Shown piece by piece: positions 35,417-45,134 of a stretch of DNA of 64,000 bases. The translations under genes and the position numbers were made by a program. The DNA is taken from NCBI GenBank assembly GCA_016719565.1, contig JADJYU010000010.1, positions 78,400 to 142,399 on the forward strand, in the 5' to 3' direction. Numbering within the stretch: position 1 is the stretch's first letter; each line of letters begins with the position of its first letter. This DNA comes from Ignavibacteria bacterium. Its GTDB lineage: Bacteria; Bacteroidota; Ignavibacteria; Tepidaquicellales; Tepidaquicellaceae. The notes beneath the pieces were generated by a model. The model made no database searches and had not been told where the DNA came from. It saw only the letters and a list, made by a program, of their open reading frames with translations.

Positions 35417-36253
35417 GTGATCTTTATGATCTATGAGATGTATGTGGATTCTTCCGCAAGTATAGAAAAATTCGGATTCGGTTTCATTTTTTCATCTCAC
35501 TGGGAACCTGTCAAGGAAGAATTCGGCGCGCTCACATTTATTTACGGAACCATTGTTTCGTCTTTCATGGCACTTCTGATGTCACTTCCAATAAGCATTG
35601 GTGTTGCAATTTTCTTATCAGAACTTGTACATAAATCAGTCAGGACCTCATTAAGTTTTCTCGTTGAAATACTTGCAGCAATTCCGAGTATTATTTACGG
35701 GTTCTGGGGAATATTTGTCCTTGCGCCTTTTATGAGAACTACGATTCAGCCTTTCCTTCAGTCTGTATTCGGTTTTCTTCCTTTCTTTCAGGGTACAATG
35801 TACGGAACAGGACTTCTTACTGCATCAATCATTCTTGCAATTATGATCACGCCAATTATTACAGCAATCACGCGGGATGTTCTGAAGGCAATACCTGTAG
35901 CGCAGAAAGAAGCGGCTTATGCTCTCGGAGCAACAAGATGGGAAGGCATAAAAATGGCTCTGCTCAATGCGCGCAGCGGAATTCTCGGAGGAGCTGTCCT
36001 TGGACTGGGAAGAGCTATAGGGGAGACTATGGCGGTTACAATGGTTATCGGGAATAAAGCCCAGATCATGGCTTCATTTTTTGAACCTGCATATACAATG
36101 GCGTCAGTCATTGCAAATGAATTTGCTGAAGCGTCAAATGAAATGCAGATAAGCGCTTTGATAGAAGTTGGACTGATTTTGTTTGGAGTAACTTTTATAG
36201 TGAATTCCATGGCAAGATTATTAATATATAGTGTAACAAGGAATTCGCAATGA
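35417..36253 (+). CDS. pstC: Phosphate ABC transporter permease PstC (5' end probably truncated by an indel)
   Basis: PstC-like TM pattern and EAAYALGATRWE motif. The first canonical start (GTG 35417) lies inside TM1. The same frame upstream reads NKKQKKLGDIFFENLTLIFALSIIGL after a TGA. TTG at 35335 is one base out of frame. Confidence 0.8.
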   Translation: MIFMIYEMYVDSSASIEKFGFGFIFSSHWEPVKEEFGALTFIYGTIVSSFMALLMSLPISIGVAIFLSELVHKSVRTSLSFLVEILAAIPSIIYGFWGIFVLAPFMRTTIQPFLQSVFGFLPFFQGTMYGTGLLTASIILAIMITPIITAITRDVLKAIPVAQKEAAYALGATRWEGIKMALLNARSGILGGAVLGLGRAIGETMAVTMVIGNKAQIMASFFEPAYTMASVIANEFAEASNEMQISALIEVGLILFGVTFIVNSMARLLIYSVTRNSQ

Positions 36254-37113
36254 CTGCTGAAAAAATATTTAAGAACCCGAAGAATCTGAAGAGAAGAAAA
36301 TTCATAAATTCTCTTATGATATTTCTATGCTTCGTAGCTGCCGTACTGACTATACTGCCGCTCCTTTATATTTTTATCTACACGACACAATCCGGGATTT
36401 CCGCGCTTAATATTGACTTCTTTACACAGCTGCCAAAACCTGTAGGAGAAGAAGGCGGAGGAATGGCAAATGCAATTGTAGGCAGCGGAATACTTATTGG
36501 TCTTGGCGGACTGATCGGAATTCCCATTGGAATAATGAGCGGAATTTATATAGCTGAATATTCAAAGAGTTTCCTAGCCGGAGCAATTAAATTTACTACA
36601 GACGTATTAAGCGGGGTACCTTCAATAGTTGTCGGCATATTCGCTTACGGAGTTGTGGTACTTGCTATGCAGAGTTTCAGCGCTATAGCCGGCGGATTTG
36701 CACTCGGGATATTAATGATACCCACTGTAACAAAAATAACCGAAGAAATGCTCAGACTTGTGCCGCATTCATTAAGAGAAGCATCATTGGCTCTCGGAGT
36801 GTCGAGATGGAAGACAACTGTTAAAGTAGTATTGAAAACAGCTTCTTCAGGAATAATAACCGGAGTTCTGCTTGCAATTGCAAGAGCTGCAGGAGAGACT
36901 GCGCCGCTTCTGTTTACTGCATTCGGTAATTCATTCTGGCAGACCAGTATAGATCAGCCCATTGCGGCATTGCCGCTGCAGATATTCGTATATGCTATTT
37001 CACCTTATGAAGACTGGCACAGGCAGGCATGGGCGGGAGCTTTTGTTTTGATATTCATGGTATTCATTGTTAATTTCCTTGTAAGATATGTAACCAGAAA
37101 TAAATTCGGATAA
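36250..37113 (+). CDS. pstA: Phosphate ABC transporter permease PstA
   Basis: 287 aa. The ATGA overlaps the pstC stop. [14 protein letters not shown] permease motif. Confidence 0.9.
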   Translation: MTAEKIFKNPKNLKRRKFINSLMIFLCFVAAVLTILPLLYIFIYTTQSGISALNIDFFTQLPKPVGEEGGGMANAIVGSGILIGLGGLIGIPIGIMSGIYIAEYSKSFLAGAIKFTTDVLSGVPSIVVGIFAYGVVVLAMQSFSAIAGGFALGILMIPTVTKITEEMLRLVPHSLREASLALGVSRWKTTVKVVLKTASSGIITGVLLAIARAAGETAPLLFTAFGNSFWQTSIDQPIAALPLQIFVYAISPYEDWHRQAWAGAFVLIFMVFIVNFLVRYVTRNKFG

Positions 37114-37123
37114 CAATATATTT

Positions 37124-37972
37124 ATGACAATTGAAAAATTAAACGTTAATGATGATATAAATTCAGCGGAATCTGATGCATTAGTTGAATCAGAAGACAA
37201 CTCAGACGATCAGGTAAAGCAGAAAAATTCAGTTGTAACAAATAATTTATTTGTGTATTTCAATAAAAGACCTGCTATAATTGATATAAGTGTAAAGATT
37301 AAGAAAAATTCAGTAACTGCGGTAATTGGTCCGTCCGGCTGCGGTAAGTCTACTTTTCTCAGATCGCTCAATATGATGCATGAAATGACTCCAAGCGCTA
37401 AAGTGTTCGGAGAAATTTATATTAACGGCGAAAGTATCATGAATTTTAACATGGTGGATCTCAGAAAAAAAGTAGGAATGGTATTTCAAAAGCCGAACCC
37501 CTTTCCGACTATGTCGATCTTTGACAATGTAGCTGCGGGATTTAAACTCGATGGGTCAGGGAATAAAAACGAACTCAATGAAATAGTTGAAAAAAATCTT
37601 ATCAATGCAGGCCTGTGGGATGAAGTAAAAGACCGTTTAAAAACGCCTGCACTAAGTCTGTCAGGAGGCCAGCAGCAGAGATTATGTATAGCGAGAACAA
37701 TTGCTGTAAATCCCGAAATTGTATTGATGGATGAACCTACCAGCGCACTTGATCCGGTATCATCTTCAAAGATTGAAGAACTCATATACAGACTCAAATC
37801 TGAATTCACAATCATAATCGTAACTCATAATATGCAGCAGGCAGCAAGAGTTAGCGATCAAACGGCATTTTTTTATCTGGGAAAACTTATTGAGATTTCC
37901 CGCACAAGAAAAATGTTTACCAACCCCAAGGAAAAACTCACTGAGGAATATATTACGGGAAAATTCGGATAA
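37124..37972 (+). CDS. pstB: Phosphate ABC transporter ATP-binding protein PstB (with ~27-aa acidic N-terminal extension)
   Basis: [52 protein letters not shown]. No alternative in-frame start closer to the core. Confidence 0.9.
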   Translation: MTIEKLNVNDDINSAESDALVESEDNSDDQVKQKNSVVTNNLFVYFNKRPAIIDISVKIKKNSVTAVIGPSGCGKSTFLRSLNMMHEMTPSAKVFGEIYINGESIMNFNMVDLRKKVGMVFQKPNPFPTMSIFDNVAAGFKLDGSGNKNELNEIVEKNLINAGLWDEVKDRLKTPALSLSGGQQQRLCIARTIAVNPEIVLMDEPTSALDPVSSSKIEELIYRLKSEFTIIIVTHNMQQAARVSDQTAFFYLGKLIEISRTRKMFTNPKEKLTEEYITGKFG

Positions 37973-38075
37973 ATACAAATTAGATTTAAATTTAAATATA
38001 TTTTTGATATTTTTCAGGACGTAACTTTAAATAAACAAATTAATTAACCGGAATATTTATTTTTCCGGAAAAAAA

Positions 38076-39113
38076 TTGATACAAAATAATAAAATATATT
38101 CATTAATTCTGCCGGCAGCAGTTTTATTCATTTCTATTTCCGGTTTTATTGGTAATTCAGGAAATAATACTTCATTTGTAAAAAATGAACTGATCAGTGA
38201 ATCTGGCGGCGCAAGACTTCATAATCAGGGAAGTCTGAATATACTTTCTGCTAATGATCTGTCTTCAGGATTAAAAGATACGGTATATACTGATAAGGAT
38301 TGCTGGCTCGAATTAAGGATCGATAAACAAATGCTGTATCAGCATATGAGGGACGGCAGGACAATTTCTTATCCTGTTTCAACCGGACAAAAAAACAATG
38401 ATCCTACTTCACTTGAATCAAGACCGGGATTGTTTGCCATATTTCATAAAGTGGAACATCATCAGTCATCCCAATTTAATGCCGCCAATATGTATAATTT
38501 TATGCCGTTTAATCAGGGCATTGGTTTTCATTCAATAGACGGTAAAGCTTATTATTCTCATCTTGGCGTAAGACCATCTTCGCACGGATGTATCAGAATG
38601 AAACATGATGATGTAAAAAAACTTTTCAAGGAATGTCCTTTAGGTACCTTAGTGCTTGCAAGCAGAGGTTATTCTGCCAGGACTGTTGCTTTTACTCCGG
38701 ATAATTTTGTGAACGAAAGAGAATATTCAAAAGATGAAACCAAATTATTTCTTGCTGAAAATCTTTATAATATTTTGAATGGGAATTATTATAAGTATGA
38801 CAGAGAAAGATTTGTCTTAAATCCGAAATTTATTCCTGTTTCAGGTATTTATACCAGTTATGATAAAAAAATTCCGGCAAGACAGAATATTCCTAAGACT
38901 CATATCAATGTTGTTATTTTAAAAGATAATCTTAAAGTGAAAGATAATAAGCAAATTCTGATCACTGAAGAAAATGAAAATTTGGATGCAGAAATAGTGG
39001 AAGTCAGTACAGAAGTTTCAGGATTTGAAAATATAAATTCTTCTGAAGATCTGATAAAAAAATATTTTAATAATCCGATCGGCGTGCTGCCTTATTTCGG
39101 TCCGAAAAGATAA
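38076..39113 (+). CDS. L,D-transpeptidase (YkuD domain) protein
   Basis: 345 aa with a TTG start and an N-terminal anchor. Catalytic signature GFHS...RPSSHGCIRM. Confidence 0.75.
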   Translation: MIQNNKIYSLILPAAVLFISISGFIGNSGNNTSFVKNELISESGGARLHNQGSLNILSANDLSSGLKDTVYTDKDCWLELRIDKQMLYQHMRDGRTISYPVSTGQKNNDPTSLESRPGLFAIFHKVEHHQSSQFNAANMYNFMPFNQGIGFHSIDGKAYYSHLGVRPSSHGCIRMKHDDVKKLFKECPLGTLVLASRGYSARTVAFTPDNFVNEREYSKDETKLFLAENLYNILNGNYYKYDRERFVLNPKFIPVSGIYTSYDKKIPARQNIPKTHINVVILKDNLKVKDNKQILITEENENLDAEIVEVSTEVSGFENINSSEDLIKKYFNNPIGVLPYFGPKR

Positions 39114-39241
39114 TTATAAAATTTTATTTTTATTAACATTTTTATTGTTCTAAAAAAAAATTAAGTTAACCAAAAATTCGGAACAAAAAATTTTAAACTC
39201 AGTTTATAAACTCAAATTATAAACTTTAAAACGGAGGTCAT

Positions 39242-40102
39242 ATGTCAAACCATGAAAACATAGATAACAGCAATGAGGTCTTCGAAGAGATCAATAATAA
39301 AATGAAATACGGAGCACCTGAACTCAAAAAGTTTTATCAAAAGTATGTCACAAGAGGATTAATTATTGCTGTAGTCCTTCACGGATTTTTTATCGGCGGT
39401 TATGCTTTGGCTATGTACTATGAAAAAGTTAAAGCCGAGCAGGATGAAGCGCAGTTAGACCGGATAGTAAATCTTCAGGATCTCGATGTACCTCCTCCGA
39501 TTGATGAAATACCACCGGAACCACCTAAAGACATTGCTTTAAAAGATTTATCTGCTCTTACGCCTGAGCCGGTTGCAAAAAAAGAAGTTACTGAAGAAGT
39601 GAAATTGAAAAGTCAGAAAGAACTTGAGGAAGTAAAACTACCTGTTGCATCTACAGGAACAGATGATCCGAATCTTGTAAATCCGAATGCTGAGTTTACA
39701 GGTAAAGTTCAGGAAAAGAAAATTGAAGAAAAAGTTGAGAAAAAAGAAGAAAAGAAAAAAGATGTTTTCCAGCAGTTTGAAGTTGAAAAAGCTCCGGTTG
39801 CTGTAAATTTAGGATCAATAAAAGGTTCTATGAGATATCCTGAAATTGCAAGACAATCAGGTATAGAAGGAAGAGTAGTTGCTAAAGTACTTGTAGGAAC
39901 TAATGGTTCGGTAATAAAAGTAGGCGGTATAAGCGGTCCGGAAGTATTCAGGGATGAAGTATCTGACAAGGTAATGGGTCTGACTTTTACTCCTGCATTA
40001 CAAAACGGACAGCCTGTAAAATGCTGGGTTAGTGTTCCTTTCAGCTTTACATTAAGTGCAAAGGATAAGAAGAAATCTGACGACAGTGAAGAAGAAGAAT
40101 AA
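39242..40102 (+). CDS. Energy transducer TonB family protein
   Basis: N-terminal TM segment, Pro-rich linker (PPPIDEIPPEPPK), Lys/Glu-rich spacer, and C-terminal TonB domain YPEIARQSGIEGRVVAKVLVGTNGSV...PALQNGQPV. Confidence 0.8.
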   Translation: MSNHENIDNSNEVFEEINNKMKYGAPELKKFYQKYVTRGLIIAVVLHGFFIGGYALAMYYEKVKAEQDEAQLDRIVNLQDLDVPPPIDEIPPEPPKDIALKDLSALTPEPVAKKEVTEEVKLKSQKELEEVKLPVASTGTDDPNLVNPNAEFTGKVQEKKIEEKVEKKEEKKKDVFQQFEVEKAPVAVNLGSIKGSMRYPEIARQSGIEGRVVAKVLVGTNGSVIKVGGISGPEVFRDEVSDKVMGLTFTPALQNGQPVKCWVSVPFSFTLSAKDKKKSDDSEEEE

Positions 40103-40220
40103 ATTGGTAAAAATGTATTATACAATTAATTCAGGATATTAACTTAATCCAGATCCTTAATAATTAACTCGCATTTTCAGTTTTCAACTGAATAATTTTC
40201 TAAAAAAATTAATAATATTA

Positions 40221-40255
40221 AAGCCTGAATTAAACTTCAGGCTTGTTTTACTTTT
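40221..40255 (+). terminator. Possible intrinsic terminator/attenuator between tonB and the downstream genes
   Basis: AAGCCTGAAttaaacTTCAGGCTT hairpin followed by GTTTTACTTTT (an interrupted T tract). Confidence 0.4.
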
Positions 40256-40261
40256 AATAAA

Positions 40262-40507
40262 ATGAATGCAGCAGTTATTATAAATTTCGTTACTTCCGCT
40301 GTAACTTTTATATTCGGAATATTACTTCTGACCGGAGCAATATTCCCCGGAGGAGAAAGCAGTACAAAAGTAATGCTGGGTGTAGTATTATTAATTTACG
40401 GTGTGTACAGATTTATTAACTCATATACAAAATTCAAACAGAATAAACTCAGAGAAAACATTGAAAGGCTGGAATCGGAAAGAAATAAATTTTTAGAGGA
40501 TAAATGA
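40262..40507 (+). CDS. Small membrane protein (2 TM) with charged C-terminal helix
   Basis: 81-aa ORF whose stop overlaps the next start (ATGA). Two hydrophobic segments, then KFKQNKLRENIERLESERNKFLEDK. Confidence 0.5.
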   Translation: MNAAVIINFVTSAVTFIFGILLLTGAIFPGGESSTKVMLGVVLLIYGVYRFINSYTKFKQNKLRENIERLESERNKFLEDK

Positions 40508-41466
40508 GAAAACTCAGATTGTTGCTTGTTTTATTATTCTTTGTATTTTTATTTAAAGGATGCGATTTAGATGAGATAAAATCAGTTTCTACATCCGGTG
40601 AAATGAAAATTGCAGTTGATGAAAATATAGAACCTCTTATGAAAGCTGAAATTGAGGAATTTCAGAGATTGAATCAGGAAGCAATTGTGAAAATGATCTC
40701 CGCTCCAACCAATAATGTAATTGCAGATCTGCTGAACAAAGATGTTAAGTTTATAGTCTCAACCAGGAATCTTAATGCAGAAGAAAAAGCAATTGCAGAA
40801 AAAAACAAACTTGAGATTTCTGATTATCCGATTGCCGTTGACGGAATAGGGTTTATTGTGAATCTGAAAAATCCTGTATCAAGAGTTACTTCTGATGACC
40901 TAAAGAAGATACTTAACGGGGAATTCAAAAACTGGACGGATATAGTTTCACCTGATGAGGAACAGAATGTAAAATCTAAATCATATTTTAAACCTGCCAA
41001 CAGTAATGTAAAAGTATATATACAGCGGAAAAATTCTTCAACTCATGATTATGTGTTAGACAGTATTTTAAAGCAAACGCAATATGTAAATTCCGCTGTG
41101 ATCTGCTCCACTTCTTCACAAGTTATAAATTCAGTCAGAGAAAATGAAAATTCAGTCGGAGTAATAAATATGAACTGGCTGTCGACCGGAAATCACGACA
41201 CAATTGATTCTACAGTTAAGCCGCTTAGAGTTTCGAAAATCCGGGATAACGGAAGACAGGAAGATTATACTGAGTTTCATCAGGGACTTTTATATAATGG
41301 TACTTATCCTTACCGCAGAACAATATATGCAATTACTTCTGAAATAGGAATCACTCTTGCTACCGGATTTATAATTTTTTTAACGAAGACAGACGGTCAG
41401 AAAATAGTTTTGAAGAACAGTCTGGTTCCTGTAAATCAGCCGATCAGAACTATTCAGATAGATTGA
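40504..41466 (+). CDS. PstS-family (PBP-like_2) substrate-binding domain protein, TonB-operon type
   Basis: 320 aa with a lipobox (LFKGC). IAVDGIGFIVNLKNPV..VTSDDLKKILNGEFKNW resembles the PBP-like_2 core. Confidence 0.6.
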   Translation: MRKLRLLLVLLFFVFLFKGCDLDEIKSVSTSGEMKIAVDENIEPLMKAEIEEFQRLNQEAIVKMISAPTNNVIADLLNKDVKFIVSTRNLNAEEKAIAEKNKLEISDYPIAVDGIGFIVNLKNPVSRVTSDDLKKILNGEFKNWTDIVSPDEEQNVKSKSYFKPANSNVKVYIQRKNSSTHDYVLDSILKQTQYVNSAVICSTSSQVINSVRENENSVGVINMNWLSTGNHDTIDSTVKPLRVSKIRDNGRQEDYTEFHQGLLYNGTYPYRRTIYAITSEIGITLATGFIIFLTKTDGQKIVLKNSLVPVNQPIRTIQID

Positions 41467-41505
41467 AGTTAAAGTATTATATTAAATTAAAATAAAAAAA
41501 ATAAT

Positions 41506-42942
41506 ATGAACACTATATTAAAAAGATCTCTGTTGTTTTTATTCCTTCTGATAATATCTTCTGATCTATATTCTAAAGGAGATATTGATGACGGAATTAA
41601 AGCTGCACAGAGAGGAGATTATGTCAAAGCTGTGGAATTATTAAAGAATTCAGTAAAATCTGAAGACAGCTATGATGGATATTACTATTACGGATTAGCT
41701 TTAATGAATACCGGTTCTTTAAAAGAAGCTGAGAAAAATCTTAATCTTGCATTAAAAAAAGATGATGAAGGAATCGGTGCGCTTACCACGATGGGTGATC
41801 TTTTCAGTTTAAAAAGAGATTATACCAAAGCTGATACTTATTACAAAAGAGCGCTGAAATCAGAACCTGAAAATGTGGACGTTTTACTTGCCCGTGCGAA
41901 AAATTTTAACAAAGCCGGTAAAGTGGATGATGCTATTACTGCATTAACTCTTGCCACTACTATTTCAAAAGAAAATCCGAAAGTTTATGTTGGTCTCGGA
42001 GATTCATATTATTACAGAAGAGCGTACAAACCTGCCATTGATAATTATAATCTTGCATTGAAAATCGATAAAAATAATGCCGGTGCTTATTATGGTTTAG
42101 GGCAGGTAGAATTTAAAAATAAGAATTATAATGAGGCTCTTGATTATTATCAGAAATCAATAAGTGCAAATCCAAATTTTGCAGATGCATATCTCGAAAA
42201 GGGGAGATTGCTTTATTTCAATGAAAATTATGACGAAGCTATGAAGTCGTTTGAAAAATATTCGACACTAAAGCCCGGTTCATTAGATGGAGAAAGCTAT
42301 ATTGCAAAAACATTATACGGTCAGAAAAAATATGATGAAGCAATTCTTAAACTCCAGGATGTAATAGATAATAATCCTTCAGAAGACCTGTCTTCAGCTT
42401 ATAAATACATGGCTTATGTATATCATGATAAAGAGGAATATGATAAAGCGCTTGATTATTTTTCAAAAGTAGATAAAGATTTTATAGATCTTGAAGATCA
42501 TATCATGCTTGCTAAAATCTACTAAAGAAAAAATCAGTTTGGTAAGGCATATGAAAATATTAATCTTGCAATAAATCATGACAGTCTTGATGACAATAAT
42601 TTTTATCAGCTCGGTATTATTCAGTTTAATGAAAAAAAGTATGAAGAGTCAATAATAAGTTTTGACAGAGCGATCGAACTCGGTTCAAAGCAGCTTGCCG
42701 CTTATGTTTATAAAGGACTTAGTTATTATTCACTTCAAAAATACGAAGATGCTTTAAAACAATTTGATGATGCAAATGCACTGGACAATTCTTATCTCCA
42801 GTCATGGTTATGGAAAGCGAGAACGGAAGTGGCTCTTGGAAATTTAGATGCAGCAAGAAACAGTTATCAGAAAGTTCTGGATATTGAGCCGACAAATACA
42901 AGCGCTAAGGAAGATCTGGAATTGCTTGATAAGAAACAATAG
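41506..42942 (+). pseudogene. TPR-repeat protein interrupted by an in-frame TAA (42523-42525)
   Basis: The ORF track ends at 42525 (..HIMLAKIY*). The same frame continues for 138 codons without another stop, as TPR repeats (RKNQFGKAYENINLAI...LGNLDAARNSYQKVLDIEPTN...), to the TAG at 42940-42942. A strong terminator follows. The downstream part has no early in-frame ATG/GTG/TTG (the only one is a TTG near its 3' end). Confidence 0.75.
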
Positions 42943-42975
42943 TAAATTTAAATTCTGAATATAATTAGTTAAATT

Positions 42976-43002
42976 AATGCGGTCTTTTGACCGCATTTTT
43001 TA
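42976..43002 (+). terminator. Rho-independent terminator
   Basis: AATGCGGTCttttGACCGCATT hairpin followed by TTTTTAT. Confidence 0.8.
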
Positions 43003-43014
43003 TAAAATATTTTG

Positions 43015-44391
43015 ATGGATAAAATAATAAACTATATAGAAAGCAATAAGGATAAATACATTGAGGATCTGAAAGTATTTTTGAGAATTCCCTCCGTCAG
43101 TACAAATCCTGAAAATAAAAATGATGTCAGAGACTGTGCAGAATATGTAGAGAAACAATTGAGATCAATAGGATTGGAAAACATATCAATTTATGAAACT
43201 CCGGGACATCCAATTGTTTACGGCGACTGGCTTAATGCGGGTGATGATAAACCAACAATTCTGATATACGGACATTATGACGTTCAGCCTGTGGATCCTC
43301 TCAATCTCTGGACAGATCCTCCGTTTGAACCTACTGTAAGAGACGGGAATATCTATGCAAGAGGTTCTGCTGATGATAAAGGGCAGGTATTTATACATAT
43401 GAAAAGTATAGAAGCGCATCTTTTAAATAACGGAAAACTTCCTGTAAACATAAAATTTTTAATAGAAGGTGAAGAAGAGATCGGTAGCGTGAATCTCGAT
43501 GAGTTCATTGCAAAAAATAAGACTTTGCTGAAATGCGATTATGTGGTTGTATCAGATTCAGCTATGTTTGACTATGACGTTCCTTCGATATGTTACGGTC
43601 TGCGCGGACTTGCATACATGCAGGTGGAAGTGACAGGACCAAACCGTGATCTTCATTCCGGATCTTTCGGTGGTGCTGTGAATAATCCTATTAATGCTCT
43701 TGCGCATATAATTGTTAACTTGAAAGATGATAAAGGCAAAATTTTAATTGACGGATTTTATGATGACGTGCTTAAATTGTCAGATAAGGAAAGAGAAGAG
43801 TTTAAAAAGCTTCCTTTTAATGAAGAGAAATATATGGAAGAGCTTGAGATCAGCGAATTATTCGGTGAGGAAGGTTATACAACTCTTGAAAGAGCTTCTG
43901 CAAGGCCTACACTTGATTGTAACGGTATATGGGGGGGATTTCAGGGTGAAGGCGCAAAGACAGTTCTTCCTTCTCATGCAGGCGCAAAAATTTCCATGAG
44001 ACTTGTTCCCAATCAGGAACCTGAAAAAATTGAAAAATTATTTACTGATTATGTTAATAAAATTTCACCGGATTCAGTAAAAGTAAAAGTAATATCACTA
44101 CACGGAGGCAAAGGAGCAATCACGCCTATCGATTCTCCAGCTATTGACGCTGCAGTGGAAGCGCTCCGGTTAGGATTCGGTAAAACTCCTGTATTTACAA
44201 GAGAAGGCGGATCAATTCCGGTTGTTAATACTTTTCAGACACTGCTCGAAGCTGATACAATTCTTCTTGGATTCGGACTTCCTGATGAAAATGCGCATTC
44301 TCCTGATGAACATTTAAATTTAAGTAATTTTCAGAGAGGCATATTAAGCGTTGCTCATTATTTCAATGAATTATCAAAAATTAAAAAATAA
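43015..44391 (+). CDS. M20-family metallopeptidase / dipeptidase
   Basis: 458 aa from the ATG at 43015. YGHYDVQP, ARGSADDKG, EGEEEIGS and the DENAHSPDE metal/catalytic motifs of the M20/ArgE-DapE family. Confidence 0.85.
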   Translation: MDKIINYIESNKDKYIEDLKVFLRIPSVSTNPENKNDVRDCAEYVEKQLRSIGLENISIYETPGHPIVYGDWLNAGDDKPTILIYGHYDVQPVDPLNLWTDPPFEPTVRDGNIYARGSADDKGQVFIHMKSIEAHLLNNGKLPVNIKFLIEGEEEIGSVNLDEFIAKNKTLLKCDYVVVSDSAMFDYDVPSICYGLRGLAYMQVEVTGPNRDLHSGSFGGAVNNPINALAHIIVNLKDDKGKILIDGFYDDVLKLSDKEREEFKKLPFNEEKYMEELEISELFGEEGYTTLERASARPTLDCNGIWGGFQGEGAKTVLPSHAGAKISMRLVPNQEPEKIEKLFTDYVNKISPDSVKVKVISLHGGKGAITPIDSPAIDAAVEALRLGFGKTPVFTREGGSIPVVNTFQTLLEADTILLGFGLPDENAHSPDEHLNLSNFQRGILSVAHYFNELSKIKK

Positions 44392-44396
44392 TTTTA

Positions 44397-44747
44397 ATGG
44401 CAAAAACAAAACAGCAAAATTTACAGGCGATAAAATCAAAGAAACAAAAAAGAGACCAAAGTCATCTGCATTTTGCTATGACTGCAAAAAATTATTATAT
44501 CATCGGTGCAGGTATATTTCTAATAATTCTGGGATACATTCTTATGAATGAAAATTCCGTTTCCGGATTTTTACCAACTACGATTGCGCCACTTCTGCTT
44601 ATTGCAGGATATTGTGTGGTGATCCCGGTGGGAATTCTTTACAAAGGAAAAGAATTAGCTACTGAGGAAACAGTAACAGAAACTCATAAGCCGGAAAGTA
44701 AAAGTAATGTTACTTCTTCTTCAACTTCAAATGTGAAGACAGCTTAG
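44397..44747 (+). CDS. Small membrane protein (DUF3098-like)
   Basis: 116 aa. Basic N-terminus then two TM segments (NYYIIGAGIFLIILGYILM, LLLIAGYCVVIPVGILY). The family call is from memory of the pattern. Confidence 0.5.
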   Translation: MAKTKQQNLQAIKSKKQKRDQSHLHFAMTAKNYYIIGAGIFLIILGYILMNENSVSGFLPTTIAPLLLIAGYCVVIPVGILYKGKELATEETVTETHKPESKSNVTSSSTSNVKTA

Positions 44748-44772
44748 TAAAAAAAATGTTCTTTAAAATTTC

Positions 44773-45132
44773 GGGAATGCAACGGTTTCGACGGGAAGAA
44801 AGATGTTTAGAACTGCATTTAGTGTTGCTGCTACCACTTTAAAAAAGTAGAAAACAATAAAAAACAACAACGTAGAAAACAACTACGCAATGGCTGCTTA
44901 ATTTAAGCAACCTCTCTTTGAGAGTTCCCGCTTATCGGGATTTTTGAAGTGATCATTTAGATAAGATAGTCCCGGATGATTTCTGAGCGTACGGGATGAA
45001 ACTAAATCAGGATAGCAATTTAACCGGTCAGTCTTTCGAAAGGTGAATTGTAAAACTTACAGGTAAAGACTAAAAATGTAGAAGTTTTAATGGTCTTCTT
45101 TTCGGACCCGAGTTCGACTCTCGGCATTTCCA
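44773..45132 (+). ncRNA. ssrA: tmRNA (SsrA)
   Basis: 5' GGGAAUGCAACGGUUUCGACGGG (conserved tRNA-like 5' half). Tag ORF ends ...GAA AAC AAC TAC GCA ATG GCT GCT TAA (..ENNYAMAA*, stop 44899-44901). 3' T-arm CCGAGTTCGACTCTCGG, and acceptor CATTTCC pairing with GGGAATG, including a G3:U pair. CCA is not fully encoded. Confidence 0.9.
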
Positions 45133-45134
45133 CT

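Noticed and set aside
42523-42525. Stop-codon reassignment (TAA read as sense) as the explanation for the in-frame TAA in the TPR gene.
   Set aside because: TAA is by far the most common terminator of the well-supported genes in this window. Global reassignment is therefore not tenable; a local mutation, a sequence error or rare readthrough is more plausible.
44351-44551. ORF 44351-44551 (+).
   Set aside because: It is out of frame across the M20 peptidase stop and the DUF3098-like gene start, and both neighbours are better supported.
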